Below are positions 28,734-42,000 of a stretch of DNA of 64,000 nucleotides, piece after piece. The stretch comes from Antedon mediterranea (Eukaryota > Animalia > Echinodermata). The notes beneath the pieces were generated by a model, which saw nothing but the letters and a program-made list of their open reading frames with translations, did no database searches and was not told the DNA's origin. The position numbers and the translations under genes were made by a program. The stretch's first letter is position 1, and every line of letters starts with the position of its first letter. Where the stretch lies: positions 7,874,001 through 7,938,000 of the forward strand of contig NC_092671.1 of the NCBI RefSeq assembly GCF_964355755.1. Direction: 5' to 3'.

Positions 28734-29551
28734 CAGAGCCATATATATAAAGAGTTACGACATTGGATTATAGTCACGTGATATGCAGATCAAAATGTGT
28801 CAAACTTGTCTGCATTAATGCATGTAAAGTATAGGAGCAACAAAATACTTTCAATTTTTTCTTGTATTAAAAAAAATGTAATTGCACATTTTACGATGAA
28901 ATATCGATGTGCACAGCGTACAGAAGTACTTGCGCCAAAGAATATTGCGCGCGCGTGCGCTAGTACATTATAACGTTCGATTGATTGATTTTGGAACAAA
29001 ACATCCCATAACTACGTCCTATTAATAACAATTATGTAATATTTTCAATTCATAATGCATGCTTTGATGACTAAATAAAATAATAAAGTGTCGTGGATAT
29101 ATTTGTTAATATATTGAATAGGGTATGAAAAATATTAAAATAATAAAGGCAAATTATTACAAATGAAATGATGAACGAGTCTCTGAAAGCTTGTGTCAAA
29201 AACACATAGAGAGCCATATACTGTATAAAAAGAGGGGTGAATTTGTGTGTTTTTTGTATTGGTTTATGCTTTGATGTATCCTGACTTGCATGTAGGCCCT
29301 AGCATTTATTCTTTTGTTATTATAGACACAATATATATATGTTACCAAATTAATACCATTAATAACTTTATTTACTAAAAGAAAAACGGAATCTAAGCGT
29401 TATTTCATTGACAACAAAATCTAAAAATAATGCATGGAACTACAGGAAAACGCTATACAAAAGAGACGCGCGCGCCTTCAGCGTGCGAATTCTTTGACAC
29501 AAAAATGGCTTCTAATTTTCAATGTCGTAACTCTTTATATATATGGCTCTG
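28734..29551. mobile_element. Non-autonomous DNA transposon (MITE), 818 bp
   Basis: Perfect 32-bp TIRs CAGAGCCATATATATAAAGAGTTACGACATTG (28734-28765) and its reverse complement (29520-29551). The flanking direct repeat GTAATGTA lies at 28726-28733 and 29553-29560 (or 9 bp with one mismatch). No transposase ORF is seen. Confidence 0.9.
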
Positions 29552-29866
29552 GGTAATGTAAAAGTTAAATGTAGGCCTATTATTGGATGTTATTAAAAGT
29601 TATACACTGGCATTATATTCCATGACTCTATAAATAAAGGCCTTATTTGGTACATAATGATACAAATCAATATAGGTACTGTGATTTAAATAACACTTTA
29701 AATTCATGGATTTTCGGATTGGACTACAAAAGTTACCAATCCACATTTATAAGTACGCCACCAACGGTATTTTTAAAGTATATAAATAAAGAGGGCTCAC
29801 TTTCATTTACCTGAGTGGTCATGCAGGTTTTGTTCCAAAACGCATCACTAACAAAACTTGTGTATA

Positions 29867-30013
29867 CAGTGTAGAACCTCTATTAAGTGAAGAACTGGAT
29901 TGTCCGAATTAAAAAAAAAATTATTCCCTATTTGCTTCATATGAAAGTTTACGCTTTAATAGGGTTGGTCCCTGAAAAGGAGCGTCTCAATCAAAAGAAG
30001 AAGTTCTGCTATA
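29867..30013. mobile_element. Second degenerate copy of the same Tc1/pogo-type MITE family
   Basis: Starts TA-CAGTGTAGAACCTCTATTAAG, sharing TAGAACCTCTATTAAG with 25490-25505, and ends in a degenerate AGAAGTTCTGCTATA. Confidence 0.5.
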
Positions 30014-33000
30014 TAAAACATTATGAACATACATTTATATTTATATGTTTATATTCTGGTTAATACAAACATTAAACAAGCGTAAAAAATCTTAAATACA
30101 AAACACAATTTAAAAAAATGTATACTAGTAATAATAATAAAAGATAATAAACACAAATGATGTTAACAACTCGGTGAAGTATGTCCATGCTTTACTTGGA
30201 TATTTTGATTTATATAGAAGATACGTTAATGAGTGTGCAGATTGTATGTTACATATGATGAAATCAATTAGCCTAATGCTAAAGATGAACATATTCGGTT
30301 AAGCCTCATCCAATTGTTTAACCTAAGTGGTCTATAGAGGCCAATTGCTGAAGATTAATATGCATGCATGTAAAAAATCGTAAATCAAGTATGTTCTAGC
30401 TCAATTTTCAACCGCAGCAGCAAAGCATTTTTAAAAATGAGTATCTAGAATAGTTTAGTATTATAGATTAAAGAATGAGAGATATTGTTATATATGAAAA
30501 CAATAATAAAGCTGTTTCTATAGAATTTTAGTTTGATTGTTTTAGAAATATTACTATTATTATTGTAAAATTAATACTATATTGTGTTTTATTTATTTGC
30601 TCTTTTAGTTATTTTTATTTATACAAGCTGCAGTGTAAAAATATAAAATTATGCTAGATTTAGATTAAATTTATTTTCAAATGAAAACATGAAATAATAT
30701 TGGCTCTGTGAATAGGATTTTGCAACAATAATACCTTAAATAACCGAAAAACAAAAGTATCTCATTGGAATTTGTTGTTTCAGTTTGCTAATTTGACTAC
30801 AAACTAGAAGTTTTAAAGCATTATTGGTTGTATTTTGATACAAACTACTACGCGCATATTTAATATGCTAATCATTTGGAATTAGGTTACCAAGCAACCA
30901 GTCATAGTTTTAGACATTTTATGAGTAGTTGTAAATAACGACACCGAGTTACAATCTTTGACCTTAACGTAAATGACCTTGACTGAGACCGTGCACTTGG
31001 GCTACAGAGGGCAGGCTTTATTTATTTAGATGTTAACAGTTTTACCGATTAGGCCTACAATTATAACATTATACAGAATTGTCGTAATAGAGGTAGGTTA
31101 AAATTATATCAATATTTATTATATAACTTATTTACGTTAAATTAATTAAAGCGAGCTGGTTATCGCTTTTGTATTAGTATTATTTACTCATTTCGATAAA
31201 TGGATGGATATATTTATAGAGGGCGCTGTGTATAACATACCTTCATGTCTTGGCTAAAAGCAAGCTATAATTGGTTTTCATGGGCTTAACACATTTGAGT
31301 TTCTGCATACAATCAACCCAATAAATCATTAACACAAAAACATTATTCTCGTACAGTCAACGTAATTTATTTTAGACCTTGTTGTACAAGATAGCGACAT
31401 TGCATAGAGAAAGTTTACAGATTGCTGCAGTATACTATAATAATATATCATCATGCAAATATTATTAATCCTATGTTATAGCCTAAAAATGTAATACTTT
31501 AATGTTAAACATATAATGTTTATTTGTTTAAAAAAATAAAATATAACTTTATCTTGCTTAGAATCTACTATAAAATTAACCGCTCATTGTTTTATATACA
31601 ATAATAATTAGTTTGTTATGCGTCCTTGTATAATATGTTGAAAATAAATTGGTAAATATAATACGATCAGATGTTTCTGGTATCTTAAGATCGGTCCGTG
31701 TAAACAAAGAACAGAGACAGTGTTGTTATTTTTTATATGGTTTATTCCGAGCGATTTTATTTCATACCGAAATTGTTCTGGTTAGAGTATTAAATCAAAT
31801 CCAAAAGGGTGTCTTTATTTATCTTTCTGCGACCATATCCTTCTTCTTCTGAAGGCAGTTTAAGTGGTTATTTCCATAATCGTAGAACCATATACATAGG
31901 TAGATTATGGAGGAAACCTCGATGGGTAAGATATAATACTAATAGGTTTAATTTATGTATTAACAGGTATGCAAATGAGCTAGACATTATCCCTTTGAAT
32001 GTATGATTTATCGGTTGTAGGTATGTTACTCCACAATGCAATTTTCACAAAGGCATCCTACGAAGGAATTTTACATAGAACATTATCATAAACTATTCCA
32101 TGCGGCCATGCCGTTGACGGAACGCCTTTTCAAAATATCCTGATCCATTAATACACTCCTGAAAGAAGAAATAGTATGATTACTAGTGTTTATCATTTAG
32201 AAATAAAAATATCTTTATCAATATAAAATTATCAATTACAGTAAAAAAACTATCAATTATAAAACAATAGTTATATTTAGTTTAATAATGTATTCAGAAT
32301 CGAAACAAAAATATCAAGAAGAAGTGTTGTGATTTAAATAATAATTTGCATAAGAGGTAATGACGTTAACAATAACACTGTACTATACCATACACTAAAC
32401 AAATTTATTATTAATTATTATTATTTTAATAGGCCTAACAGTTTTTTTCTAAACTCTAAATTTAGAATTCGAAAAGAAACAAAAAATGTTTATTCTCCAC
32501 TTGGCACGACACCTTAATGAAGAAAAAAGTCAACAATAACAATGATACATTGCTGATAAAAAACAACTTAAAATGGCAAAGGTTTCTTGATTTGAAATAA
32601 ATCTTTGATCAAAACATGATACAACATTTAAGTACGAAATCGGAACGTAGGCATTCCACGAAAAATGTAAACACATCTTTACTTGTTTTGTTTTGTGTTC
32701 TTCTCTTTACAATGTTTTTCTACTAAATGGAAATTGTCGACATGTTCTCTTTAAAAAAGTAACATTTCACATTAACAATTTATATTATGCATAAAATACT
32801 AAATAAAACAAATCTTCATTAACATAGTAAACTTGAACTATTACCGTTTTGTAACGAAATAAAAAAATCGTCATTACAACAAACATTGTAGGCCTATCAA
32901 TGTTTTATTACGGTACTACATATAGAATAACGTTATTATGCTTTATAATAATATTATTAAACGATATATTTATTTTTCTAGTAAGATATGCTTCCGATTT

Positions 33001-36000
33001 GTTTTTAGAGATAAAATTTAGGTAAATTGTAAGTTTCTTCAAAATACAAAAAATTACCGCGTGTTGAGAGAGTTAAGAAGATTGGATCGGATGGAGCAAT
33101 GTTCTTAATCATTAAATGTGACTTCTACTTATCAATGAACAAGGATTTCAGACTCTTACGTCTTCAGAAATATACAAAGAAATCGATTTATTGCCCATTG
33201 TGACGAAAGTGGTTACAAAACACTAATGTGCTAACAAATACACACACAAAAAAGAATGTTATACAAAGCTGTAAAAGATTGTTTGGTTTTACAGTATTTT
33301 AATTAAATCAATGTTCCTTTCTTCCATTTTTTGGAACAACAATCGCTTTTTTGAATATACAAATTTACTAAACTTTCAAATGCATGTATAACTGACAAAC
33401 AGTTTCCCAATGTACTTTAAATGTATATTTACCCAAAATCTGGAAAATGTTATATATAAATTATGACGAAAAACCCTCGAAATAAATGTTATGTATTTGT
33501 CACCAGCCCCCCAATAAAAAGCTTCTGATTTATATCCATTATATTCCTGTAAAATAAAATATGATTATTGTGTGAACTGGGGTCAAATTTTATTTTGAAG
33601 GCGCCCTCATTTCAGCTGAACTGGCAGTTAATGCAGAACCCTGTAATTATTAAATATAGGGCTATGCCTATAAAAAAAAAACCATGGTCAACTTGCGGTA
33701 TATGACTATGTTTTATTATATAATACATATGTGATTTATCGTCCTGTTTTATGTTACTACCTGAAATGTCTGAAGAAAAGATGCAATTTTTAGGTATGAT
33801 TATTATTATAACTAGGCCACTTGCATAAAGAATTAGAGATTCCCCCTCAAGTCATTGTACCATAAAGCCTCTTTATAAATAATACCCTATTGTTTTTATA
33901 ATAAACTCACGTTCGCATGTTTAGTTATGCAAAAACATGTAACACAAACTCAGTTAGAGGAAAAATGGCAAAATCGGCACTGTGGTCATATTACAAGTGT
34001 ATTTTCTGATAAAACTCCTAGAAAGTAGGAAGCCTTTTGCCATTTGTCCCCTAAATGAAATTTATCTAAGATTATATAATGACTTTGGGCCAGTTAAGGA
34101 GTTAAACTGTACATCGTATTCTTTAATACACTGTATATACGTTGTAGAATAAAAAAACCAGATTAAATTGGAAGACAGTTACATTTAACGAGAATTTCAT
34201 AAACTATAAACATTGCTTGACCAATCATCTGGTCAAGGAGTCAATTTCTTTATGATATGGTCAATTAAACATGCAACATCTTTATTGAATCTGTACACAA
34301 ACGGTATCAGTATTATTACAATCATGTATTCAATCTATTGCATTGACAACATTAATTTTGTATTTACGTTTTAATATTAATATTTGTGAATTTTAGATTC
34401 AATAAATAATAATAATTGCGGTTTTGTAATGTATTGTATTTGTGCCATTCTGGGAGTAAGATAGTTGATTCCTAACATCGTATATTTGTTTTATAGACTT
34501 ATTTTGTAAAATGAAATAACAATTAGGCCTAAAGATGTATTCCACAAAATCACGAAAAATAAATATTATAAAATCAGACTTTAAATAGGCCATTTGAAGT
34601 TATTCACTTAAATATCATGATTTCACTTATAAAAAAGACGAAACAGTTAAATTTAACCAAAAACTCTTGTCTGGCAGAGAATTTGACTATTTTTTGCTTT
34701 AAATTACAGTTTTAGGTAAATATTTCTTTCAATCAAATTTTTATTTATTAAACTATTATGTGACATCAAAATAGCATATTAAAAAAATGTAAACAAATAT
34801 TTCTTCAGGGAGACAATATATCTATAAGTTTTGATTCTCATCAGTGAGTGTACACTAGGTACCAAACTACAGTTGATTGTAGTGATATTTGCAAGTATAA
34901 GATGCAAGTGTAGTACGAATTACATTACATGATAACAACGTACCGTATCAATATAAGGTTATAAAATGTATTATTCGTCACGGTGTTATTCTATCTACTC
35001 AATTCTTATATTTAAGGCTAATATCATTCCCAAATGTACAATTATATGAGTTCTGTTCGATGTCTCGTACTATTGCGGTGAAAGATTATAACGAAAATTT
35101 ACACCAACTATAATTACATACGAGAATAATATCAAGGCAACGTAAAAGTACAGAAAAAACTAGAAAGATATATTGGAAAAAAATGTGTTTATGAATGTAT
35201 TTTGAAATTTTAATTCGTTCGTTAAAGTTTTGTTTTTAAATAACTATGAAAGAGATAACCAAACTATTTTCGACAATATCAGTTAAAAAGTATTCTACAA
35301 TACTGTTTATAAGTTTAAAAAATACAATTATAACATTTAAAAACAATAAAAAGAAAATGCAGTTGCATCGAATTTAAGCTAAATGTATATTAAAATATCT
35401 GTACCAAAAATCGATTTTGTTTTATTTCTATTTACACAAACAGTATTTATTTTTAATTAATATTTCTTCGGCTCTCATGGAGAGCATCTTTAACTATCAA
35501 CAATAATACGAATAAACACCACAGGCATAGCATAATATAATTTTATATATAGAAGAACAGAAGAGCATTCAATAATTTCAAATAATAAAACAAATTCCAA
35601 TAGGCAAAGAGACTTATTGAGAATTTTTCGATCGATTTGATAAAATTCTCAAACATATTTCCAAGGTACATAACTATCTGTGTACTAATTTGGTTAGTGA
35701 CAATTACAAAAGAAAAGGTGAAAATATTGCTGGAGGGAATGGATTATCTTACAACTGGGAAATAATTAATTAACGAGAGTGCGGATATTTACAAAAAGGG
35801 TGTTTGCGGTGCATAAAAGAAGATAAAGACTAATTAGGGTGGTAGGGGGTACACGAAAGGTGTTTGATCACACCGAATATTATTTTCACTGTACAATACT
35901 TATTTGGTACATCCGAGAAGATAACAAACACATTAATATCATATTGGTTATTTTCAAAAACAATAGAATAGAATAGAAAAATATAGTAAAAAGATTCAAG

Positions 36001-39000
36001 CTAAAAATTTACTAGTAGACATCTTTGTACCGTGTGTAAGTGCGTATACTGTAATAATAAGTAATACATAGTAATATGTCTTACTATACCTACGTTTACA
36101 GCTTATGAGATAAATTAAGTACAATAAAAGCTGTATTGAAAAATGTTTTTATATTTAGGATTTTTGCATTTTTTAGATTAAAGTATAGGCCTAAATATTA
36201 CTGTTTTTTCTCAATGCTTACTGCAAAAACCTTTAAAAAGTTAATAAATAACATTGTTAGAAATAATATTGAAAACTATAAGTACACCGTACTTAAAATG
36301 AATAAGGTTTGAATAAGCATGGAATAAATATCTTCTCTTATCTGTTTGCTAATTTGATTAACACCGTTAGACTTTCCACTATTTACATACAATTCATAAT
36401 GCTATCAAATAACTACACCTGTATACCGTTACAACCTTAATGACAAAACGAGTCATTAAATTATAACAAGTCAGAAGGTTAATTCACGCCCTACATATTA
36501 CCAGTTATCATTTCAAATCATTGCAATAGATATCCAAAAGTGTAGACTAAAATATTAGTACAAAAAAGAACGATAACTATAGTATTCGTGTTACATATCG
36601 TGCTATCGTCTGTCCATTCAATAAGTTTTCACTTCCAGATTTGAAGCAATACAATACGAATAAATGAGTTTTGTTTCATATAAATTTGTCTTCGTACAAA
36701 TGATTTTAAATTAGAAAAAGGAAAGATTATTTACCTAAACTTTGTTAAAAGTTTAAATACTCAATTGATACGCGATGTGTAAATGATTGCGTGCACGGAA
36801 TCTAGCCCGAGGCGTATGTTCCATGTTTGTCAGGTACTTAGCATGTACAGGCGTATAATGATTTAATCGTGCCGACTTTAGACAATTTAGACACCTAATC
36901 ATTCGGCCTAGCTCTTTGATGTGACAAACTAAAGTAGGAATGTTTAGAGTAACATCCCGTCCGTCCTATGGCTTAAGAACGTGGAAAGAAGATTTCATGA
37001 AAAGGCACAGGTCATAAAATATGTTAGGATGAGGCAGGAAGCAGGCGGTAAGGTATACAATTCCTTTGAAGTCCATCTTGCAGATGAGAAAAACCAAGGT
37101 GCAATGATGGTGGAACAAGGTCTTACAAGTAAACAAGGCTTTGTGAAGACCGACATGAATCAGTACTCATCCAACACATTGCGTATAAATACCATATGAA
37201 AAAGACATGGAATTTTATATTTATAACAGATCCCTAAACACAAGATGGTTAAAACAAGCAACATTGATATTCGATGGGTGTTTAATTATTTTGCTTGATC
37301 ACGCCAAAATAGACAAGTTGCCATTAAAGCTAATAATATAGACCTAAAATCAACACCGTCACTGACATAGTAAGCGCCTAATGTTAGCTTTAAAATGTTT
37401 AATTATACTAAAATATTTATTTAGAATAAAATATCGGACCAACAAATTATAATAGACTTGCTAACATACGTAATCCTGTAAAAGAAAAAAACATTGGAAT
37501 ACCGAAATAGATTTTAAAATAAATATGCACCGGTTTATACATAAAGTTTCTTTTTAAATATATACTTACCTTATTCAGAAAAACCCAAACTAATTGAACG
37601 CGCGCGTAAAAAGACGCGTACTAAAATTCGTATCAATTTTTTAACGCGAGAGCCATGTCAAATTTTTTTGGCTATCCCATGATTTAATTTCACAATAATT
37701 AATTAGAATGAGACATAAATATTAAATCTAATCTTAAACATACCGTAATGCTAATCCACATCACTACATGTATTCTTATTTCTCAGCCTTAATTTAAATT
37801 CTTTTTCTTCATTAGGCCTATACATTTGATCTAAAATTATAAATGTAAGGTTTCTTTAAAAATAATTCTGGTCTACAATTAGTTATTATGTTACTATAAC
37901 GTTCTGCTGTAGACCCTATTGTGTTATATTTAATTGACGATACGATTATTAGTTGATAATGTTTTAATTTTTACAACAATAGGGCATATGAATGTAATAA
38001 AAACCTAATGAGTAATGTAGGCCAACGAAAGATACTCTAAAAAGTTAAACCAAATATAATTCGTAAAACTTTGATAAACAATTTAGGGTTTTTGAAAGTG
38101 GGTTCAAATCGTTCACTTAGGTCTACGTGAAGGGTCACGAAACCAAACGTGTAATAGAAGTTAATGAAGATGTTAATTTATTTATTATTGAAATATGGAG
38201 AAAAAAGGAGGGAAGAGAGGAGGGTAAGGTTAAACCGATACAGATCTGCTAACAACATTATTGCATGGGAAGGGGCCACAGGTATAACATATTATACGCA
38301 GTACTGTATATAACGACTAAGTTATAATACAGAGCCTTGTATGTCACATAGTACAACACAATATGTATATTTAGGCCTACATTTCAACTAAACAATTAAG
38401 GTCACATTACTGTTTAAACAAGCTATGACTATAGACATTTAACACGCCAACACTTGATTATCATATCGAGTTATAATTTACTTACAAGTTAATTAAATAA
38501 TACCGGGATAAATTGAGATATGAAATATTATACTATATATAATAAATCTGACGTTATAGACATGGCATGTTATAATTTTCTTTATAAATCTATCGCATTA
38601 ACATATTAAATTCGATAAATTAAAATTGTATACTCGTGTAAGTACATGGTTACTTTTATAATATAATTATAAATTTATGATTTTGCATATAACCGTTGGT
38701 TAATTAATATTAAAACTTAGTGTTTTAATTACCATACGGTGATTTTCAAATTTAATCGATGTATAAAAATCCAAAGATCCTAAATCGAGCAAGATTTACC
38801 ATTAATTCCAAGGTGATCGTGCAATAATTAAGAACCGTGTCTAGTTCCGTATTATATTATTATTAATAAACTAATAACATTTTACCAAGGAGCTCAAATA
38901 TTATTTACGAGGGTATGAACCAATTATAAGTGCATTAGGGAACGAATTACTGGGCTGATGATATAGTACACAGCCCATGGAACCCGACATTATATGGTTT

Positions 39001-42000
39001 GGATTACTATGGCTAACCAGGTTGGGTTACCCTTTCACTCGTGTCAATTAATACCAGGTTTGCTTAATTTTATTTTCTATAGCAATCACAGAGTGCGGAG
39101 TATCAAGAGAAATGGAAACTTCATCTAGAAAATAAAAAAGCGATATGATATCACTGGGAATAAATATAATAACTATCAAATTAAATCAAACGTGACTGTA
39201 AAAACATAAATAAATATTTTCTTTTGTGTAAATTAAGAAGAATTAGAAAAACATACAGACCGAAAGAGCTAAAATATGGTTTAATAAACTATTACAGTAT
39301 TCATTGGAGCAAGTTAAAGTCGGTTCGATTTTACTTACTTTTAGAAAAAACTAAAGTACGGTAACATTAAGCAGAACATTTGCGCAAATACAAATTTGAT
39401 TATGATTTAGATATTATTATAACTCTATATAACTCTTTTACATTAAAAGTATATGACTTTTTATTAAACGTAACGACGTAACGTAACTACATTAACGTAA
39501 AGGAACGTTCACACAGGCCGGAACAATATTTAAAGAGTTATATAAAATCCGTTTAGATGTGAGGAACAAAATGTACACATTTTTCCAATCCGGAAAATGT
39601 GAAAACAAGTAATTTTCGTATTGTTGTTGTGATTTGTAGGCCTAATTAAAAATAGTATTTACAAATACTATAATATAATTGTTAACGATACCTTACATTG
39701 CTCTTTCTTTTTCGCAATTTTGCACAATGTCGGCCGAACACAATCTGAACGAATATTAAGATTATGAAGAAAAAAACAAAATTTCCAAAATAGTATCAAA
39801 ATGTGATTTGGTTTATAAGATACTTCTCTTTTTACTTTAAAGTTACGTTACGCCAGATCATGTATTATAAACTGTTTTCAATATCAATCATTTTAGTTTT
39901 ACTATATCAAATTATATATTATATACCGTAGTCAATAAAATATCTATATATATATTTTTTTTTTCATGTTTGGATTGTTATACTGTACTAATAAAAAAAA
40001 AAAACACAATAAAATGATCTATTTGAATTTAATAGAAACATCTTTAAAAATCGAAGTGCATATTTGTCTTTCCGGTTCATAGGTTGTTTGTTACATATTT
40101 ACAGATTTTATAAAATTAGATTTCGAATAAGGCGTATCCTTACTTTGCATTTTAATTGCGTCAATTCAAATGGGAAAATGAAAAACAGACGAATATGGAC
40201 CAACGCGAGACAATTCATAAACTCAACAGAAAATGCGGTATAATCAAAACGCAGCAAAGTATTTTACTATACGGTCCGACCAAGGCCAAAACCGTAAAAT
40301 TGATGATTAGAAACAAGTGTATTATGCAAAGATGCTGAGAAATTTTTCATCTAGATTTGGAAATTATGTCAGTTACTACCCCTGTCGAGATTTTAGGCGA
40401 AATGCCAACTGTTTTGAGAATAGCAGCGCAGGCCTCGTAAAAGAAAATGAATTTAACGCACAACGGTTACGTAATCACCAGAATGTCGTAAAAGTTAGAG
40501 ATTTTATGGAAGTTTTGGTCTGTTTAACGACGCATCGGAATTATCTGAATCGAGATTACATGAACACGTGTGTAATATTCTGAAATAAAGCAACCTTCTG
40601 GGAGTAAGAAGATGAGTATTTGAGAAATTGAAGAGCTTCAGCTGAGTATACGCATATAAAAAAAAACTGCACAATAATGTTGAAACATCTATACGCCAAT
40701 ATATCACAAAAACTTGGAAAACATTTGACCATTCAATATGCCGATGAAATAATTTCATTACTTTCATTGTGGTCATGAGACCATACGCACGTGCAAGAAC
40801 AAAGTATCAATTTTATTGGTTCGAATCAAATTTCATAATACTATTTTTTCTATATATGAATTGGAATCTTGTCGTTATTTTTACACATTTTGTACACAGA
40901 ATAACAAATACGATAAATTGTAACAGAAATGTAGGCCTATCGGTTTTGATATGTAAGAGAGCAGCATTCGAATAACACACAAGTAAAATCGCCCGAAATT
41001 GAGGCATGGACAACAGCAATTTAAGGAGAAATAAAAGACACTTTTTTTGTTTTGAGACGGAATGCGGGAAAATTTAAAATTTTAGTTTGTGATTAGATTT
41101 AGTCAACTACAGCATTACAGTATATACTGTAATGAATACCGGTATACAATTACATCCACAGTTCATTGGATTACTGCACGACCAATTTTAGCGCGAAAAC
41201 TTATTTCAGTAAAATAATTACTGTGACAATCTATCGGTACCATACCTAACTAATTAATTCTTAACAACAACAGTACGTTTGCGTTAATAAATATCTTTAT
41301 ACCAAGGAGCACCGACAATAACACTTTTGACGTTTAAAAAACAATAACGATACAATTAGGCCTAATAATTTAAAATTAACCCAACTATCACAATGTTAGT
41401 AAAAACACAGCTAAAGTGTAAAAAGTGTACAGTAGGCATATTTATTTTATTTAATTTTCGAATTAATGTTTGTAAATTTACATGAATTCATGAATATGAA
41501 TAAACAGGTTGTTTTTACTTAAAATAGGTCCTTCCGGGGACCTTTTAAAAAAAAGAAAATTGGGAAACAATATGTATTTAAATTTACACAATTTATTCAA
41601 GAATTAGAATTTAATCTCCCTAATGCATTATTGAAATAAACGATATAGGTTTAAGAGAATTCGAATAAGGCATGTGTATTTTAAAACAAACTAAGTGATA
41701 TTAATTATGAAATAAAGAAAATGATAGATTACCACACTTTTTGAAACAGTTGTCAGTCATCGCACGCCAAATTGCTCTTTTTTTTATTGGTAACATCGCA
41801 TTAAAACTTTCTGATTTCTTTGTGTTATTTCTATCTCACAGTAAACACACGTAACATGCATGCAGCAAAATAATGATTTTGACCTATTCTTTAATTGCAA
41901 TATTCTTTTAGTAGCCCCAGATTAACATTTCAGTTATTTAACATTAGGCCTATTGCAGTACTGTACACGTTTTGATAATTTTAATTTAGCTCTTCCAAAT

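Noticed and set aside
32010-32070. Possible miRNA-like hairpin (TTGTAGGTATG...GCATCCTACGA)
   Set aside because: The stem is only about 12 bp with a large loop. I did not spot miR-10, miR-196 or iab-4 mature sequences in the window by eye.
36981-37199. 72-aa GTG-start ORF in a GC-elevated patch
   Set aside because: No recognisable domain or convincing + strand splice signals. It may be a decayed element or part of the antisense transcript candidate.
40317-40583. ORF containing NEFNAQRLRNHQNVVKV, reminiscent of kinase subdomains III-IV
   Set aside because: No glycine-rich loop, VAIK, HRD or DFG motifs are seen nearby; likely coincidence.
41521-41550. Short hairpin AGGTCC-TTCCGG-GGACCT followed by a T run, resembling a terminator or Helitron end
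   Set aside because: Eukaryotic context and no CTRR terminus; a single short palindrome can arise by chance.
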